Program-made: the position numbers and the translations under genes | Shown: piece by piece, positions 27,869 through 38,622 of the stretch | Numbering within the stretch: the stretch's first letter is position 1 | Layout of the letters: the number at the start of each line of letters is the position of its first letter | NCBI GenBank assembly: GCA_036147595.1 | Contig: JAYYIG010000038.1 | Coordinates: 7,734 to 71,733 of the forward strand | Source: Verrucomicrobiota bacterium | GTDB lineage: Bacteria > Verrucomicrobiota > Verrucomicrobiia > Opitutales > Seribacteraceae | Reading direction: 5' to 3' | DNA: 64,000 nt | Notes under the pieces: model-generated | What the model was told of the DNA's origin: nothing | Seen by the model: the letters and a program-made list of their open reading frames with translations, nothing else | Database searches by the model: none

Positions 27869-30166
27869 TCAATTACCAACCCAAATTCCATTGTCGGAAA
27901 GCTGCATGGTCCCAAGATCAAATGCGTATCGCATCCGCATTGCTTCATAGCCCATCCATACTTCCACGAAATTATTACTCGCTTCAAGAAGGTCATTAAG
28001 TGCATTGACGAGATCTCGCGCTGTTGTAGCACCGAATTGAGCATTCCGGCCAGGCTGGGGAGGTTCATCTAAACGCATTCGAGCCAAGTCAACCTGAGCA
28101 ATTGCTCCTCGCACAGCTGCCCTGCTTAATTCGAAGTTCAGTTGAAACAATTTTGAAAGTCTTTGATGCTCACGGAAAGCTCTCAAAATACTGTCCTCAA
28201 ACATAAGATAAGCTCTACGGGACTGCTGGTATCTCAATAGTGAAGCCTTATATCGATTCCTTTCCCTTACCTTGGATAATGGAGTATCAAGTTCCAAACC
28301 TACACTTAATTGACCTTCATCAGATTCGAATTGCCCACCACCCATCGAGTCTGAGCCTAGTGAGCCAGAAAGAACGACATCCAAGTCTGCTCTGAGATCA
28401 TCTTTTGCCAAATCTGCTTTTCGCCATGTGTCAAAAACTCTGGCACGATTGTTTTTCCAATCCATGCGGTTTTCAGAGGCAATTCTTGTAGAATCTTTTG
28501 GGGAAATTTCGATTTCCTCCATCACAATTGACTCTAGTCTCGCAGATGCCTTGACTAGGGAAAGCTCAAGTAAAGTACCGGCAAAGCCATTGATCAAAAC
28601 GGATAACCTGCCTCTAGCGGTATTCAATGCCATGCTGTCTGCACTAACGGTCCATTCATCAAGTGCTGTTGCAAAATCATTCAAAGTGACTTGCAGAGTT
28701 GATATCGATGAGTTCAAATCGAGAACAAGCTGATCCAGTTCACTATCTTTAAAAGCATCCGAACCCATACCCAATTCACGTAGATCAGAACGCTCACGAA
28801 GACTCCTAAATCCCTGTTTCCTTAAAGGAAGTAAATTCTGAAGGCTTTCAAAATCTTTAATCAACTTTTGAAGACTCTCTTGAGCAATGGGTCTTAAAGA
28901 ATTTATTCGAGAGGAGATTGCCAACAATTCTTCCAGAGTGTCCAATTCTTGCTGACTCCGTACTTCCATAAGAATAAGATTCACTTCTTCTTGAAGTGTA
29001 ACAAGTTTCGTATCTGTCAGTTTAAAACTTTCGATATAATCGTCCACAACCTTCATTTCCAACGCTGGGGGTAAGCCAAGAAAAATTTTATATCCATCTA
29101 GGCGATTGGCATAGGAAGATTTCGCTGCCAACAAACGACTCTGACCATTAAAAAGTGCCTGACGTGCCTGATCCACCTGTAAACGGCTACCAATCCTACC
29201 CGCCTCGAAAGCTGCTTCAAACTGAGAAAGACTATCATTGAGCTTGGCGACATTTGCCTCTTGGTTGCGAATTCGCTGCAAATCCTGAACAAGTCCAAGA
29301 AACCCGGAGACTCCTGTAGTCGGCGGGGGCACGGACGAAATTAAACCCGAAGTCCCAACATTGACTGAAGGATTTGAACCAATTACAACTTCGAGAAAGA
29401 AACCCTGACGAAATTGCTCCAAGCTTCTGGCATCTGACAGCAGGGCTCTTTCACTTTGAGTGAGTTTTTCCAAATAGATTCGGCGGCTTGCTCCACGAAG
29501 CAAAGGCTGAGTAATGGTCAAATTTGCAAGGGAACCACCAATATCGAGATCCCCATCGCCCAGTTCAATACTTAATCGATTGGCGAGGGATGCAACCCAA
29601 CTTGTTCCCCCTCCCCCAATACCCCTGATTCCTGCTTGGGTCCTTGATTCAAAATCCGATGGATTTTCATTTATTTCCTGACTTACTTGCCCTCTTACGC
29701 CTGCAAAAGGTGCAGGTCCAAGTTGAAAACGTTCATAAGTAACATCAAGAGCGGAAAGATAAAGTGCCTCCTTTTGTTGTTGATAATCACGTGAGTGGAG
29801 AATCGCCAGTGACATCGCAGTTTCCAAGTCTAGGAGAATCGTACCATTACCATCAACGGGAAGAGATTTTTCCCACTTTTTGCTTTCTCCGGTGAAAGAT
29901 TCATTCCCATCTTTATAAGCATCCTTTTTTTGAATCCTAAGAGTCACCCTCCGGGACTCCGAATCATCCTTAGGAGGATTGGGTAGCTTATCATCGTTTT
30001 CGTAAGCCATGCGTGAAGATACTGCCGGAGCCCAATCAAAAACGGGAACATCCTGAAGTAATCTACGAACTTCCTTATCAGCCGTTCCAGGATCTATTTT
30101 GGAGGTACAACCAAAGCCAATAAAAGCCAAAAGAACCGCAACATTAGTTGCGAGTTTGAGAATCAT
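27869..30166 (-). CDS. TolC-family outer-membrane efflux lipoprotein (PVC type, enlarged)
   Basis: Lipobox (FIGFGC), SRDYQQQKEALYLSALDV, TQPLLRG, ERNRYK, ARDLVNALNDL. Confidence 0.82.
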   Translation of the reverse strand: MILKLATNVAVLLAFIGFGCTSKIDPGTADKEVRRLLQDVPVFDWAPAVSSRMAYENDDKLPNPPKDDSESRRVTLRIQKKDAYKDGNESFTGESKKWEKSLPVDGNGTILLDLETAMSLAILHSRDYQQQKEALYLSALDVTYERFQLGPAPFAGVRGQVSQEINENPSDFESRTQAGIRGIGGGGTSWVASLANRLSIELGDGDLDIGGSLANLTITQPLLRGASRRIYLEKLTQSERALLSDARSLEQFRQGFFLEVVIGSNPSVNVGTSGLISSVPPPTTGVSGFLGLVQDLQRIRNQEANVAKLNDSLSQFEAAFEAGRIGSRLQVDQARQALFNGQSRLLAAKSSYANRLDGYKIFLGLPPALEMKVVDDYIESFKLTDTKLVTLQEEVNLILMEVRSQQELDTLEELLAISSRINSLRPIAQESLQKLIKDFESLQNLLPLRKQGFRSLRERSDLRELGMGSDAFKDSELDQLVLDLNSSISTLQVTLNDFATALDEWTVSADSMALNTARGRLSVLINGFAGTLLELSLVKASARLESIVMEEIEISPKDSTRIASENRMDWKNNRARVFDTWRKADLAKDDLRADLDVVLSGSLGSDSMGGGQFESDEGQLSVGLELDTPLSKVRERNRYKASLLRYQQSRRAYLMFEDSILRAFREHQRLSKLFQLNFELSRAAVRGAIAQVDLARMRLDEPPQPGRNAQFGATTARDLVNALNDLLEASNNFVEVWMGYEAMRMRYAFDLGTMQLSDNGIWVGN

Positions 30167-30177
30167 TCCATTTAAAT

Positions 30178-31644
30178 TCAGGCAAATAGCTTGGAAATTG
30201 CCTGCGCCTTGACCAACTCACGTGGCTGATTCAAGTGATTGTAAACAATCGTTTCCGGATTAATCCCGAATCCATGATAAATCGTAGCAAGCAATTCTCG
30301 CGGATGAACAGGGTCTTCAAGGGGCGAAGAACCCGTTTTATCGGATTCGCCATGAACATATCCTCTTTTGATTCCAGCTCCTGCAATGACACCAGTATAG
30401 CAATAGGGCCAATGATCTCTTCCATCAGCACTGTTTCCATTCCCGGACGTGCTTACACCCTTTTCAGGACTTCGACCAAACTCACCCACGCAAACCACCA
30501 TGGTTTCATCAAGCAAACCTCTTTGATCAAGATCAATCATCAAACCGGATAAGCCCATATCAAGCATTGGAGCCGACTGATCTTTCATCCTTTTTGGTAG
30601 ACCTTTGTGAACATCCCAAGAGTGGTTGTCAGAATTGGCAACTTTAGGCCATATAACCTCAACCACTCGTGTTCCAGCTTCAACCAAACGGCGGGCAAGC
30701 AAGCAACTTTGTCCAAAAGTGTTTCGTCCGTAGGAATCCCGAACCATATCTTTTTCTTGTCCAAGATCAAAAGCTTCACGAGCCCTGCCTGAGGATACCA
30801 AATCCAAAGCCCGATCATATTGCGTATTTAAGTTGTACTTCTCCACCGCCTTATCAATCACGGGCATGGCATCATTAATCGAATTACGCAGCATTGCTCT
30901 TCTTTTCAGACGAACGCCGAACATATCAGGACGCATTTCTAGATCGTCCACTCGGATTTTGGCCATTTTTTCCATGTCCATATCGCTTCCTGGGGGGTAA
31001 AGAGTGTAAGGATCAAAAGCTTTACCGAGAAACCCTGCGGTTCCTCCTTTACCCACCACCCCACTCTCTTGCAATGGACGAGGTAGCATAACAAATGGAA
31101 GCATGGGCTCATTACTGGGCCGCAACCTCACGATATTGGACCCAAAATTTGGAAAATCCTTGGGACTCGGTGGCTCCAATTGACCGGAGGGACTGACCTT
31201 ATCAGTTGTATATCCCGTCATCATTTGGTAGATTGCGGCGGTATGGTTAAAAAGCCCTTTTGGAGTGTAACTGACTGCACGCATCATGGTAAACTTGTCA
31301 TTTACCTTGGCCAAGTTAGGCAATAGTTCAGTAAAGTTTACACCAGGTATTTTGGTAGGAATAGGTTTAAAGATACTGCGGACATTTTCTGGAGAATCGG
31401 GCTTTGGATCCCATAAATCCAAATGGCTGGGACCGCCCTGAAGATAAATCATGATAATGCTCTTTGCCTGCCCCCACCCCGGTCCACCCGATTTTGTCGG
31501 AGATGCATTGGCTTTCATCTGGAGCATCGCACCAAGTGAAAGGCCCAACATACTTGAACCTCCAACTTTCAGTACATCTCGACGGCTCATGGAAAGGTGG
31601 CGGTCACAAAGGTCTTTTCCGAGTTCTCCTGATAATGCGATCAT
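30178..31644 (-). CDS. DUF1501 domain protein (Tat-like signal)
   Basis: [59 protein letters not shown]. Confidence 0.92.
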   Translation of the reverse strand: MIALSGELGKDLCDRHLSMSRRDVLKVGGSSMLGLSLGAMLQMKANASPTKSGGPGWGQAKSIIMIYLQGGPSHLDLWDPKPDSPENVRSIFKPIPTKIPGVNFTELLPNLAKVNDKFTMMRAVSYTPKGLFNHTAAIYQMMTGYTTDKVSPSGQLEPPSPKDFPNFGSNIVRLRPSNEPMLPFVMLPRPLQESGVVGKGGTAGFLGKAFDPYTLYPPGSDMDMEKMAKIRVDDLEMRPDMFGVRLKRRAMLRNSINDAMPVIDKAVEKYNLNTQYDRALDLVSSGRAREAFDLGQEKDMVRDSYGRNTFGQSCLLARRLVEAGTRVVEVIWPKVANSDNHSWDVHKGLPKRMKDQSAPMLDMGLSGLMIDLDQRGLLDETMVVCVGEFGRSPEKGVSTSGNGNSADGRDHWPYCYTGVIAGAGIKRGYVHGESDKTGSSPLEDPVHPRELLATIYHGFGINPETIVYNHLNQPRELVKAQAISKLFA

Positions 31645-31697
31645 ATTTTTACCTTAATTTAGATGATTTGTTGTTTGAAAGAAGAAAATGTCAGATT

Positions 31698-34600
31698 TTA
31701 ACGATTAAAAAGAAAAGATGGAGTGTTGATCAATGCCCATGCCAAGTCTTGAGCTCCTGTCACGCGCTTGTTCGAAAGTTGCCTCTCACTTAAATCCCGA
31801 GCTCTTCTGAGACGGGCGACTTCCGGTGGAAGAGGAATCGGTAACTCTGCTTTTTTCAATGCATTCTCAAGACTGGAAAGCTTTGAGTCTTTGGGAAGCG
31901 GCTTGCTCACTTCGGCCAAAATCTGAGCAAGCTTGACCCTTTGTGGATCTGATTTCTTAAATTCTTCAACAAGTTTTTTCAGCTGTTGAGGAGTACGATT
32001 ATGCTCTTCGACTGCAAAGATTTCAGTAACTTCTTCGGGGAGTCCGTAACTGATGGGCTTTGCGGCATCGGTTACCGCAACACGAAAACGACCAAGGGAA
32101 TGCTGACCGCTCTGAAATTCTTGTTTAATGGTAATCTTCAAGTTCGTTGGGCCCAAGTAGGTGACCGGAGATTTTACTTGAAACGATGCGAAATGACTTC
32201 TACCCATCTGAGGGGAAATCGCCCATCCATTTGCAGCAGGTTCCACTTTGCCATCTACTGCAGACGCAACCGAATAGCCTCTCTGACTAAAGGTAGCAAG
32301 CGCATTTTCAAATGACAGCTTGATGGGCAATCCATTTTTCAAAATTTTCACCGAGCGGACCTTAGTCCCATTCTGAAAGAAAATCTGCATTTTGTTAAAT
32401 GCCTTTTGGGCGGCAAATTGTATGCGACAGTCCACCCAATTGCCAGGGCCTTCAATTTGAATTGATTCGCTTTCTGTCTGCTCGTTACCCCATTGCACGC
32501 GTGCGAAACCCTCTTCTTTCGCGTTTGCCTTCATAAGCAAAACATAGCTAGCAGCAGGTAAATTTTGAATAAGTGAAATGCTTGGCGATATTGCTTCTTC
32601 AATCCCTGATTTATAGTAGAAACCAGAGGGACCTCCTCCATTGTGAATCTTTAAAAGCAATATGTTTTTGCCAGCTTCCAAATTAAGAACCAATTTTTCC
32701 TGATCAGGGGCCGCACCACGACCAACATTGTTAGCAAATACCTGCTTACCGTTGAGGAAAACCTTGATCCCATCATCACTTCCAAGACTGATCGGTAAGG
32801 TCGCAGGTTGGGATGTTTCAATTTCCTTAAGTAAATAATTGGAAGAATTCTCAGCTGAAAAGACAGTTCCATGGAGCACTCCCTCTTTCCAATCTGGTCT
32901 AACTTTCCATGAGAGGTTGGTTCCCTCAAAGGCGAATTTTTTATCCGGATCAAAAGTAGATTCTCTTTCAGGTCCTCCTTCTTGATCAAAACCTAGCCCT
33001 TTAAAGGGGCCAATGTGGTAAAAAGAACTTGATTGCAAAGATACCTCTTTTCCTTCCCCATTTATAACGATACTGTTGTTGGACTCTAAAATGCTGGTTT
33101 TAGGACCTACTGCCCAAGGCTCTGTGATCTGTGCCTTGGAGAATTGCCAGTCTCCCACTTCCGCCCAATGGGAAAGATCTTTAGTTGGACTTGCCAACAC
33201 ATCTAATTCAGTAAGTACAAAATTACCATCATTTGGAGCACGGCCTGGCCCCTTTCTGGGCAAGCGATTATCACTCATCGCTTCGATTCGAAGGCCCGTC
33301 AACTGACTTTTCATGGTGGAAGACTCAATGATATAAGATCCTTTGGCACTTCGTCCTCCAACAAAAACGGATCCATCTTTCTGCTCCTCGAATTTAACTC
33401 CAGGCATTTTCGAACTTATATCGCTGAGATCAAGATCGCTCCATTTACTTTTTCCCGCGACATGATCTAATTCCCATTTTTTAACTTTTACAGAAATTGT
33501 CTCATCAAATTCAGAGAGACTTTTCTTGGCTTTGGCAATCTTGTGATTTCTAGTGTCATTTGCCTTCTTAAAAGCTTCAGCCGTTACAGCCTTGTAAGAT
33601 TCCAATTCTTTAAGGGCTTCAGCAATTGCTTCATTTCTTTTCTTTTCCTGCCTTTGCAACCAGTCTTTTATTTTCGACTCCGCGTTTTCCAATTTCTTTA
33701 GCAAAAGAGAATGATCACTCTCAATTTGTCCTGCAAACAAATGTTGGCTTCGATTTATCTCATCGGTTGAGGCAGGACGGTTGAGAATTCTCAAAAATAA
33801 CTGATTGATAAGTTTTCTGTCATCAGTCTCTTCCTTTGCCATTTTTACAATTGCATTGTTAGGGTCTGAAATTGCATCATTTATCGTTGGTCCACTCACC
33901 AATGCCATAATTGGTCCAAGTTGTAATTCTCCACTTCTTTCGCATTCACAGGAAGTTTCGCGTGCAGGTCTACCAAAAGTACCAAGAAACCCATCAGGCA
34001 AGGCAATACCAACGTCAGGCAAAGAAGCAGCCCTGGTCCCCGCAGGTACACCTGGGAATTTTGTTTTGGATCCAATTACAGAGTAGACAGCGTCCAGCAA
34101 TGTCTCTGCAGGTAACCTCCTTGGTTTTGCATGGGAGAAATTTATACTATCATCTTCGTTCCACCTATTTGTCTTCACGGACAGCTGATAAGTTCGCGAT
34201 TGGCAAATCATTCGGGTAATGTGCTGAACATCAAATCCACTTCTAATAAATTCACTTTCCAAGAAATCCAAAAGTTCAGGATTGCTTGGTGGATTGCCCG
34301 CACGGATATCGTCAATCGGCTCAATGATACCGATACCAAAAAGATAACCCCAAATACGATTCACATAACTCCGGGCAAAGTATTGATTATCCGCAGAGGT
34401 CATCCATGCGGCTAACCGGTCGCGACGGGAGAAGCTGGCATTATCCTCAAACTTGGCGGGGTAAGGAAAATCTGGTGCAGTTACTTGCCCAGTTTTCTCG
34501 TGCTTAACCTCACCTGATTCTACATCCTTAACGATTTCATACAATGGCTTTGCCCTTTCCACGGCAGTTTTCCCGATAGTCTGTTTCCCGGAAGCTGGGT

Positions 34601-37544
34601 CTTTTTCCAATTTAAATTGGGCAAAATGGGCCGCCATCTCATAATACTGATCCTGTGTCCATCGTTCGAACGGATGATCATGGCACTTATTACAATTAAA
34701 TCTAGTAGCCAGAAAAAGATGGGTTGTATTCTCCATGGTATCCTCGGGCGTTCTTAAAATTTTATAGTATGAAGCAGGCGGATTTTGCTTATTGGAGCCG
34801 GAAGCAGTTAATACTTTCTTGGCAAATTCATCATAGGGCGTATTTTCACGAATTTCATTTTCGATCCAGTCACGCAATGACACTGCACCTTGTCTACCAA
34901 GGAATTTCCCGTTCACTTGCAGCATATCCGCCCATTTGTTCGACCAGTGCTCAACATAAGCTTCGTTTCCAATCAAACGGTCAATGACTTTATCGCGCTT
35001 TTGTTTGCCGTTCCTTTTGTCTTGGACGAACGATGTTACTTCAGAGGCTGAAGGAGGCAGACCCGTTAGGTCGAGATAGACGCGGCGTAGAAAATCGAGA
35101 TCTTCGGCCAATCCGGAAGGGGCAATTTTCATCCGCTTCCATTTATCTGCCACTAACTCATCGATTCGGTTATTAAAAGTTGGCTTCTTCCATACGAATC
35201 CAGAACGGTCACCCATAACCGTTAGAGTCGTTGCCGCGTACCTTCCCTCAAAACGAGCAAGGACGGGGGCTTCCCCCCTTCGCAAGGTAGTCATTAGACT
35301 CAAATCATCATGCTCAGCTACTTCACCGTTTCCGCTGGTCACAAATGCTTCCCGAGTCACATCTCTGACCATTCCATTGTTATAGTGTGCAACTACACGA
35401 AACTGTTGAGTTGCCCCGATTTCTTCGACAACCGGGTTTTCCGGATATAATCTTATTTCATCAACCCTCTTTGCCTTCATATCCACGCTTGCTCCTTCAC
35501 CTATCCAGGAGCGGATTATACGATGATACCTGGAATCGTCTTTAGTCAGTTGCCCTCCTTCATGCGGGACCAAACCAGTCGCCTTTAGAAGCATAAGACT
35601 ACGCTCAGGAGCCGCCATATTTACTCGGCGCGATGCCATGTCATCTGTAAAACCACGAATGTCGTACAAAGCATCGTAACCTCGTAAAGAAAGTTTAAAT
35701 CCGTTTTTTCCATCCTTGGCTCCGTGACATGTTCCTGCATTACAACCGAGTTTCGAAATTAAGGGATTCACTTCAGAAATGAAATCAGGGTGGTGTGGTT
35801 TGTTTAATCCAGCAATGGAAATATCGAGCGAGGCAGACTGTCCATTCAATGTCGCTGTAATCTTTCCTCTTCCATCTCCGGAAGGTACAAACAAACCACG
35901 ATTATCCACAGTTCCAATTTTTTCCGGATAAGACCACTTAACCATACGGGTTACATCCGATTCCTTACCACTACCCAAGTCGGCTTTCACCAAAATCTGA
36001 GTGTAATCCAAAGGAGATATTAAGGAAACTTTTTGCGGCTCAATTGACAAACCAATAACCTTGGTGCTCTCTGGAAGAGATTCTGCTGCCAGCAATTCTA
36101 CGGAGGCGAAATTCTTATTTAATTCAAAGCTGCTGCCTTTTGCATTATCTTTCACGAGTGGAGCAATCGACATTTCTCGCTTCAACTCTCCTGAAGCAAC
36201 AGCAAGAAATCGGGTCTTCCCGTCATACCCGGCAACTGCAAGCTCCTGTCCATTGGGTAAAGTGCGTACTGCATAAACTGGAGATTGATCAAATAATTTA
36301 GACCATAATTGCTTCCCGCTATCGATTTCAAAGCAGCGAACTTCGCCCTTACCATCAAGACTGCTTCCTGAAAATCCCAAATTGCCCTTAGGATTAAAAT
36401 CAACGGAGAAAATTCTCCCGATTTGTTCCTTAAATTCTCGAATCTGATTGGGATTACCTCCCCCTGCTGGTGCAGCCTTGGTTGCTTGCCGAAAAAGTTT
36501 TGCTTTTCCGTCTGCACCTCCTACCAGTAATTCCATCTTATTCGGACGCACTGCAATGGAATTTTGGCCACCACTCAGAATACCGGGTGTATGAGTGGTA
36601 ACATTTCCTACAAACCGTTCGGTTGCCACATCCGTTTGCTTTACAGTCTTGTCACGACTAACCGAGAATATGGATTTCCCATCTGCGGAAAATACCGTTC
36701 CCCTGACCCAATCATCATGACCAGCCATATAAACGAGTCCCTCAGCAGTAATGGCATCAATTACTCGGACGGCTGTATCACTCGCACCGAAAGCAATGGA
36801 TTGTCCATCCGGCGACCAGGAAACACCATAAAGAGTATCAAAGGTTATCGGATGAGATAGAATTAGTTTTTCTTTCATCCATTCCCAGACTTGAATCTCC
36901 CCCATCGTACCCGGTTTTCCTCCTGCCACTGCGATTTTCTGACCATCCGGAGAGAACGCAACAGACTCGATTCTCTCAGAAAGGCCAACCAGTCTGGAAA
37001 CTACTCTGCCTGATGCTACTTCCGCAATAAGTACTTCATGAAATCCATTCTGGGCAATATACTTTCCATCTTTGGTGAAATCAAGTGTACGTACGAGTGG
37101 TAGCGTCCGATAAACCGGTTTTTTTTTCATGGAGTAGACATTCTCAGATCCTTTTGGAGAATCATTGTGAGCACCCTGCTTGATCCACTTTTCAATCTTG
37201 GATATCTCGTGAGGATGCAGGGGTTTTGAGTTGGTTCCCTTCGGCATTTCAGAATGCCCCTTTTCATTTGGCTTTATCTGCTCAAAAAGATAGCTCTCTT
37301 TGGGTTTTCCAGGAACAATTGCTAATTTTCCAGTTTCTCCACCCTCTAGCAAAGATGCAAAATCAGTCATCAGATAGTCACCTTTCATTTTGGCGGGTTG
37401 GTGACAACCATTACAGTTAGCCATAAATATGGGCATTATCTCCTTATGAAAACTGATTGGCTTGTTCTGATCCTCACCAAGTAATCCACAAAAAGGACGA
37501 AAAAGTATTAGAAGAATATAAAACGACTTTATGACAGAGGTCAT
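31698..37544 (-). CDS. 1948-aa multidomain protein: cytochrome c, WD40, Ig-like, DUF1549, DUF1553, coiled coil and beta-sandwich domains
   Basis: CNGCHQ; WD40 repeats (VAFSPDG, VSWSPDG, GHDDWV); GCNAGTCHG; CNKCHDHPFE; FGRPARETSCECER; GSDDGIKVFLNG; DLAWALINTPSFLFN. Confidence 0.9.
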   Translation of the reverse strand: MTSVIKSFYILLILFRPFCGLLGEDQNKPISFHKEIMPIFMANCNGCHQPAKMKGDYLMTDFASLLEGGETGKLAIVPGKPKESYLFEQIKPNEKGHSEMPKGTNSKPLHPHEISKIEKWIKQGAHNDSPKGSENVYSMKKKPVYRTLPLVRTLDFTKDGKYIAQNGFHEVLIAEVASGRVVSRLVGLSERIESVAFSPDGQKIAVAGGKPGTMGEIQVWEWMKEKLILSHPITFDTLYGVSWSPDGQSIAFGASDTAVRVIDAITAEGLVYMAGHDDWVRGTVFSADGKSIFSVSRDKTVKQTDVATERFVGNVTTHTPGILSGGQNSIAVRPNKMELLVGGADGKAKLFRQATKAAPAGGGNPNQIREFKEQIGRIFSVDFNPKGNLGFSGSSLDGKGEVRCFEIDSGKQLWSKLFDQSPVYAVRTLPNGQELAVAGYDGKTRFLAVASGELKREMSIAPLVKDNAKGSSFELNKNFASVELLAAESLPESTKVIGLSIEPQKVSLISPLDYTQILVKADLGSGKESDVTRMVKWSYPEKIGTVDNRGLFVPSGDGRGKITATLNGQSASLDISIAGLNKPHHPDFISEVNPLISKLGCNAGTCHGAKDGKNGFKLSLRGYDALYDIRGFTDDMASRRVNMAAPERSLMLLKATGLVPHEGGQLTKDDSRYHRIIRSWIGEGASVDMKAKRVDEIRLYPENPVVEEIGATQQFRVVAHYNNGMVRDVTREAFVTSGNGEVAEHDDLSLMTTLRRGEAPVLARFEGRYAATTLTVMGDRSGFVWKKPTFNNRIDELVADKWKRMKIAPSGLAEDLDFLRRVYLDLTGLPPSASEVTSFVQDKRNGKQKRDKVIDRLIGNEAYVEHWSNKWADMLQVNGKFLGRQGAVSLRDWIENEIRENTPYDEFAKKVLTASGSNKQNPPASYYKILRTPEDTMENTTHLFLATRFNCNKCHDHPFERWTQDQYYEMAAHFAQFKLEKDPASGKQTIGKTAVERAKPLYEIVKDVESGEVKHEKTGQVTAPDFPYPAKFEDNASFSRRDRLAAWMTSADNQYFARSYVNRIWGYLFGIGIIEPIDDIRAGNPPSNPELLDFLESEFIRSGFDVQHITRMICQSRTYQLSVKTNRWNEDDSINFSHAKPRRLPAETLLDAVYSVIGSKTKFPGVPAGTRAASLPDVGIALPDGFLGTFGRPARETSCECERSGELQLGPIMALVSGPTINDAISDPNNAIVKMAKEETDDRKLINQLFLRILNRPASTDEINRSQHLFAGQIESDHSLLLKKLENAESKIKDWLQRQEKKRNEAIAEALKELESYKAVTAEAFKKANDTRNHKIAKAKKSLSEFDETISVKVKKWELDHVAGKSKWSDLDLSDISSKMPGVKFEEQKDGSVFVGGRSAKGSYIIESSTMKSQLTGLRIEAMSDNRLPRKGPGRAPNDGNFVLTELDVLASPTKDLSHWAEVGDWQFSKAQITEPWAVGPKTSILESNNSIVINGEGKEVSLQSSSFYHIGPFKGLGFDQEGGPERESTFDPDKKFAFEGTNLSWKVRPDWKEGVLHGTVFSAENSSNYLLKEIETSQPATLPISLGSDDGIKVFLNGKQVFANNVGRGAAPDQEKLVLNLEAGKNILLLKIHNGGGPSGFYYKSGIEEAISPSISLIQNLPAASYVLLMKANAKEEGFARVQWGNEQTESESIQIEGPGNWVDCRIQFAAQKAFNKMQIFFQNGTKVRSVKILKNGLPIKLSFENALATFSQRGYSVASAVDGKVEPAANGWAISPQMGRSHFASFQVKSPVTYLGPTNLKITIKQEFQSGQHSLGRFRVAVTDAAKPISYGLPEEVTEIFAVEEHNRTPQQLKKLVEEFKKSDPQRVKLAQILAEVSKPLPKDSKLSSLENALKKAELPIPLPPEVARLRRARDLSERQLSNKRVTGAQDLAWALINTPSFLFNR

Positions 37545-37696
37545 TTTTACAATCTTGCTTTGGAATTAGCTTGAGACAAGGTGCAATTTAAGAGAATCAA
37601 AATTAAATTTTTTTAAGAATTTATACTCGGGGTTGGATTTCTTCCCTTCACTGAGGCCCGATTTGAGAATTTCGGTGCGAATTCAATCAAAGTTAA

Positions 37697-38506
37697 CTAA
37701 AAACTAATTTCCCCGGACATAAACTGTTCAACGCTACCCCGAAGGATTATTTCCCGACCCTTGTCTTCACCGAAGAACTCTCCACCCCTTTTCGAAATTT
37801 GGATTGCATGAAGCTTTTTTCTGGAAAATCTCTTTGACCAAAAAGGAACAAGCATACAGTGAGCGGATCCAGTGGCATGATCTTCGTTAATGCCAATTCT
37901 GGGAGCGAAATATCGGGAAACAAAATCGTATTCTTTCTTAGGGGAGGGAGCGGTAACAATTACTCCAACTGCATCATTAACTCCTCGCAATACATTGAAG
38001 TCGGGTTTGAGTGACTGAATCATATCCTCTGAGTTAAAAAGGCAAAGATAATTTTCCCCTTTCCAAACACCTTCAGGATACGCCCCCAAGCCTTCCACGA
38101 GTTGACAAGACAAATTACTGTTCCTGATTTGAGATGCAGGCAAAACAATTGATATTGTGGAATCCGAATGAACCCTTGCTTTTAGAATTCCGCTCTTTGA
38201 AGAAAAACAGATTTCTCCCTTTGTGCTTGGAACTTTATACTTAGAAACGCAAAGTGCAGCCGCTAGTGTGGCATGACCACAAAGATTAACCTCTTGCGAT
38301 ACACTAAACCAACGAATTGCCCAAGTATCCTTTTTCGCAGGTATGACATAAGCGACTTCGGGGAGATTTATCTGCGTGGCCATGGATTGTAATTCTTGAG
38401 TGGATTTCCATTCATCCAATAGGCAAACTCCAGCTGGATTGCCTGATTGCGAGCCATTACCAAACGCATTGACCATGAAAAAGGGGAAAGAGTTCATAAG
38501 TCCCAA
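37697..38506 (-). CDS. PhzF-family epimerase/isomerase
   Basis: GNPAGV, EVNLCGHATLA, SRYFAP..GINEDHATGSAH. Confidence 0.92.
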   Translation of the reverse strand: MGLMNSFPFFMVNAFGNGSQSGNPAGVCLLDEWKSTQELQSMATQINLPEVAYVIPAKKDTWAIRWFSVSQEVNLCGHATLAAALCVSKYKVPSTKGEICFSSKSGILKARVHSDSTISIVLPASQIRNSNLSCQLVEGLGAYPEGVWKGENYLCLFNSEDMIQSLKPDFNVLRGVNDAVGVIVTAPSPKKEYDFVSRYFAPRIGINEDHATGSAHCMLVPFWSKRFSRKKLHAIQISKRGGEFFGEDKGREIILRGSVEQFMSGEISF

Positions 38507-38565
38507 ACAGCATAAAAATTACATTCAATCATTCAATATAGATATAAGCATTATTGGCTGAGAAT

Positions 38566-38599
38566 AAAAAAGCCCCCCAGCATCTTGCTGAGGGGCTTT
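38566..38599 (-). terminator. Intrinsic terminator
   Basis: Minus strand AAAGCCCCTCAGCA-aga-TGCTGGGGGGCTTTTTT (one G-U pair), downstream of the Gfo gene. Confidence 0.8.
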
Positions 38600-38622
38600 C
38601 AAAAGCTTTTCTCTTCGAATAT

